A stretch of 64,000 bases of DNA. Origin: an uncultured Gemmatimonadales bacterium (GTDB taxonomy: Bacteria; Gemmatimonadota; Gemmatimonadetes; Gemmatimonadales; GWC2-71-9). The translations under genes and the position numbers were made by a program. The notes below the pieces were generated by a model, which saw only the letters and a program-made list of their open reading frames with translations, had not been told where the DNA came from and searched no databases. The first letter of the stretch is position 1. Each line of letters starts with the position of its first letter. The DNA lies in the NCBI GenBank assembly GCA_963695555.1, contig CAVOGR010000007.1, positions 96,001-160,000 of the forward strand. Direction: 5' to 3'. Of this stretch, positions 60,843-64,000 are shown one piece after another.

Positions 60843-61374
60843 TACGAACCGACTGCGCTGCGCGATGTCCTGGGCCGTCCTGGTAAGCCTCACGGTCCTC
60901 GTCACCACCAATCTGACCGCACAGGCGCGCCGGGGGCGGGCGCCAAATACCCTCGAGCGCACCATCGAGGCCGGCATCCGTACCGGGTACGACTTCGACA
61001 CCGATGACTGGGCGCTCGGCCTTCAGGTCCGACTCCCAATCGCCAGTATCATCGAGCTCATCCCGAGCGGTGACTATTTCCTGGTAGACAACGGCAGCAG
61101 CTTCCAGGTCAACGCCGATCTCGCCGTGCCTCTCGCACCCCGCGGGGCACTCTACGGCGGCGCCGGTGGCGGATTCTTCGTTCGCGACCCGGGGCTCCCC
61201 GGAGTCGATACCCGGACGAAGCTGGGGCTCAACCTGTTCGTGGGGCTCGAGCCTGGACGGCTCCGGCAGTCCCGGCTTCGCTGGTTCGCCGAGGCACGCT
61301 GGTTCGTGATCGAGGGGGATAACCTGTTTCGCCTGGCGGTCGGGGTGAACTTCCCGTTGGGCGGGCGGCGCTAA
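60832..61374 (+). CDS. Small outer-membrane beta-barrel-like protein
   Basis: Signal-like N-terminus; strands 'LYGGAGGGF', 'GLNLFVGLE', 'FAEARW', 'LAVGVNF'. Alternative start near 60865. Confidence 0.7.
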   Translation: MPSDTNRLRCAMSWAVLVSLTVLVTTNLTAQARRGRAPNTLERTIEAGIRTGYDFDTDDWALGLQVRLPIASIIELIPSGDYFLVDNGSSFQVNADLAVPLAPRGALYGGAGGGFFVRDPGLPGVDTRTKLGLNLFVGLEPGRLRQSRLRWFAEARWFVIEGDNLFRLAVGVNFPLGGRR

Positions 61375-61413
61375 TCTTCCAGCGACCCCCCGCGTCGGCC
61401 CTCGCCGGCTCGC

Positions 61414-63522
61414 TTAGGGAATGGCGATCATCACGCGCCCATCCACGGCCGTGACCCCGTCCGCAAAGGCCAGGAGCGGGTTGATGTCCAGCTCACGGAT
61501 CTCCTTGTTGTCGATCGCCAGCTGGGAGACGCGGAGCAGCACCTCCTCTAACGCGGCGAGGTTGGCGGGGGCCTGACCGCGAATGCCTGTCAGAATCTTG
61601 AACCCGCGGAGCCCGCGCACCATGTCGCACGCGTCGTTTTGTGACAGCGGGGCAATCCGGAACAGGACGTCCTGAACCGCCTCCACCAGCACTCCACCCA
61701 ATCCAAACATCACCATCGGTCCGAACGAAGCGTCGCGGGTCACGCCGACGATGGTTTCTCGCCCACCCTTCACCATGCGCTGCACCAACACGCCGCTGAT
61801 CGTCGCGTCGGGGCTGGTTGCCCGTACACTTGCGACGATCTGATCGAAGGCCTCGCGGACCTCGTGCGCCTCATCGCACCCGAGCACCACACCGCCCACG
61901 TCGGTCTTATGGATGACTTCCGGTGACACGATCTTCAGGGCCACCGGGTACCCGAGCTCCTCGGCGATGGCCGCCGCCTGTTGGGCGCTGCTGGCGAGCC
62001 GCGCCGGCGCCACGGGAATACCATAGGCATCGAAGACGTCGAGCGTATCGATCTCGCTCAGCTTGCTGAGGCCTGCCGTGACCGCGCGATCGAGAATGGT
62101 GCGCGCCCGAGCCGCGTTCACCGAATAGACCGGCGTCTCGAGCGGAGGACGCTCCTTCCATTCCCGATACCGACAGAGGGTCGCCAAGGCGCGAGCCGCC
62201 GACTCGGGAAAGATGTACGCCGGGATGCCCACCTCGTGAAGCTCGGCCTTCCCCTGGGGGAGCCCCTCACGACCCATGAGGACTCCCAGCACCGGCTTGT
62301 CCTTGTGGATCAGTCCGATTTCGGCAATGGCTTCGGCGACATCCGCTTGCTTGATGCCGAGGGGAGGCACGAAGATGGCCATGGCAGAGTCGATGTTGGG
62401 GTCGCTCAGGAGCGCATCGAGTGCCGCCCGATAGCCCGATGGCTTGGCCGAGGCGATCATGTCCAGGGGATTGCCGATGGAGGCCTCGGCTGGAAAGTGC
62501 GGCCGGAGCCGCTCGAGCGTCTCGGGCTGGAGGCGGGGAAGCTCGAGCCCGTTCATCACCAGCGCGTCGGCGGCGAGAATACCCGGCCCGCCGGAATTGG
62601 TCATCACGGCGGTACGCCGGGACTTCGGCAGCGGCTGGCCGCTGAACGCCATCGCGATATCGAAGACCTCTTCCACCGAGCCCGCGCGGATCACCCCCGC
62701 CTGGTGCATCAGGGCGTCCACCGCCGTATCGCTCGCCGCCAGGGCGCCCGTGTGCGAGGAGGCCGCCTGGGCGCCAACCGCCGACCGGCCGGACTTCACC
62801 ACGATGATGGGCTTGTGTTTGGAAATACGCGTGGCGATCTCCAGGAAGTTCCGCGGATTGCCGAAGTTCTCGACGTACATCAGGATGGTGTCGACCGTGT
62901 CGTCATGCTCCCACTGCAGGAGCAAGTCGTTACCGCTCACGTCCGGCTTGTTTCCCATCGACACAAATTGCGAGATCCCGATGCCGTACTCGCTCGCGTA
63001 GTCGAGGACGCTCAGCCCCATCGCGCCAGACTGGGACACGAACGCCAACCGGCCGAACGGCGGCCAACTCGGCGCGAACGTGGCGTTCATGGAGAATTCC
63101 GGGTTCGCGTTCAGGACCCCCATGCAGTTGGGACCGATCATGCGCATCCCGTAGCGTCGAATAACCTTCACCAATTCCCGCTCGCGCTCCGCTCCTTCGG
63201 ATCCCACCTCCCGGAATCCGGCCGAGATGACCACCAATCCCTTCACCCCGTTCTGGCCGCACTCTTCGGCCGCGGGAATCACGGCTTGTTTGGGGACCAC
63301 GATGATGGCCAGATCCACCGGTTCGGGGACGGCGCCTATGCTCGGATAGGCCCGGACGGAATGGATGGCGTGCGCGTGAGGATTGACCGGATACACCGCT
63401 CCCGTAAAGCCGCGGCTGATCAGGTTGGCCAGAATCTCGTGGCCGATGGTGTAGCGAGACCGGGAGGCACCGATCACCGCGATGGTTTTGGGCTTGAGGA
63501 TGGAGTCGAGGGCGTTTGCCAT
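61414..63522 (-). CDS. Acyl-CoA synthetase (NDP-forming), fused alpha/beta
   Basis: 'IAVIGAS', 'GPNCMG', 'SQSGAMG', 'ASSHTGALA' (phospho-His), 'TNSGGPG', 'HKTDVGGV', 'ELDINPL'. Confidence 0.92.
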   Translation of the reverse strand: MANALDSILKPKTIAVIGASRSRYTIGHEILANLISRGFTGAVYPVNPHAHAIHSVRAYPSIGAVPEPVDLAIIVVPKQAVIPAAEECGQNGVKGLVVISAGFREVGSEGAERERELVKVIRRYGMRMIGPNCMGVLNANPEFSMNATFAPSWPPFGRLAFVSQSGAMGLSVLDYASEYGIGISQFVSMGNKPDVSGNDLLLQWEHDDTVDTILMYVENFGNPRNFLEIATRISKHKPIIVVKSGRSAVGAQAASSHTGALAASDTAVDALMHQAGVIRAGSVEEVFDIAMAFSGQPLPKSRRTAVMTNSGGPGILAADALVMNGLELPRLQPETLERLRPHFPAEASIGNPLDMIASAKPSGYRAALDALLSDPNIDSAMAIFVPPLGIKQADVAEAIAEIGLIHKDKPVLGVLMGREGLPQGKAELHEVGIPAYIFPESAARALATLCRYREWKERPPLETPVYSVNAARARTILDRAVTAGLSKLSEIDTLDVFDAYGIPVAPARLASSAQQAAAIAEELGYPVALKIVSPEVIHKTDVGGVVLGCDEAHEVREAFDQIVASVRATSPDATISGVLVQRMVKGGRETIVGVTRDASFGPMVMFGLGGVLVEAVQDVLFRIAPLSQNDACDMVRGLRGFKILTGIRGQAPANLAALEEVLLRVSQLAIDNKEIRELDINPLLAFADGVTAVDGRVMIAIP

Positions 63523-63723
63523 GGACGGAAAAATAACACGTCTCGGGTGCCAATTCCTGGTTGATAACAGCTGAGGCTGGATGAAACCCTCCATCGAGGG
63601 CCGCCGTCGGATGAGGGCAGTTCCGTGAATGCGACGCTGTACGCCTGAGGAACATCACCTAATTTTAGGAAGACCGCCCCCTCCCCTGTCGGATAAGCAG
63701 CCTGACCCTCTCCTGAGGTTCTG

Positions 63724-64000
63724 ATGCGCCCACTCAGCTTGGTATTCGTTTGCTGCCCAGTTCTACTGGCAGGATGCAGCGACGCCGGTGGAGCGGCCGC
63801 CGCCGCCACCGTCCGCGACAGCGCGGGTGTCACCATCGTCGAGAACACCGGGCCGGTGTGGCCGGATGGCCTGGGCTGGCACGTGGCCGAGGAGCCCGCT
63901 TTCGAGATCGGAGGCGAGCTGGACGACCCGGCCTACGACCTGAATCAAGTACGGGCCACGCTCAGGCTCAGCGATGGCCGCGTCGTGGTCGCCGACGGGG
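63724..64000 (+). CDS. Beta-propeller lipoprotein (partial, runs off the window)
   Basis: Open frame 'MRPLSLVFVCCPVLLAGC...VRDSAGVTIVEN...EPAFEIG...LSDGRVVVADG'. Confidence 0.75.
   Translation, partial: MRPLSLVFVCCPVLLAGCSDAGGAAAAATVRDSAGVTIVENTGPVWPDGLGWHVAEEPAFEIGGELDDPAYDLNQVRATLRLSDGRVVVADG

Noticed and set aside
63530..63720. Possible riboswitch or ncRNA in the divergent spacer
   Set aside because: Only short hairpins and no recognisable consensus; an Rfam/Infernal search would be needed.

Overview
GC-rich (visually about 65-68%) bacterial chromosomal segment. Its gene content (TIGR02999-like ECF sigma plus Ser/Thr kinase, SARP/BTAD-TPR regulator, LVIVD-DUF305 pair, terminal beta-propeller lipoprotein) suggests Gemmatimonadota; this taxonomic call is an inference. 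About 45 CDS and a minus-strand cluster of five tRNAs (His-GTG, Trp-CCA, Glu-CTC, Glu-TTC, Lys-CTT) are supported. Many genes, including housekeeping icd, carry single-base frameshifts, most likely long-read consensus errors. Recognisable blocks: MgtE_N/CBS-MscS-GH15; a di-haem cytochrome c with ECF sigma and kinase; a xanthine-dehydrogenase-family operon; a C39-like peptidase / RLAN-RimK ATP-grasp / GCS2 ligase / N-formylglutamate amidohydrolase operon; VIT-vWA + ECF sigma + three paralogous zinc-finger anti-sigmas; a SARP regulator; a HEAT + HD-GYP pair; icd; egtB-egtD-egtA with an osmoprotectant-type ABC transporter; Tat-TldD/PmbA; an NDP-forming acyl-CoA synthetase. Least explained signals: (i) two duplicated tRNA-Lys 3' ends, both broken at the same T-loop base by one conserved palindromic element, delimiting an integrase-less 4.3-kb accessory region; (ii) the one-sigma/three-anti-sigma/vWA module; (iii) the peptide-ligase operon whose first start codon and last stop codon both lie in heptamer tandem repeats; (iv) an egt operon with a transporter in place of egtC/egtE. 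All family assignments are from motif recognition, not database searches.
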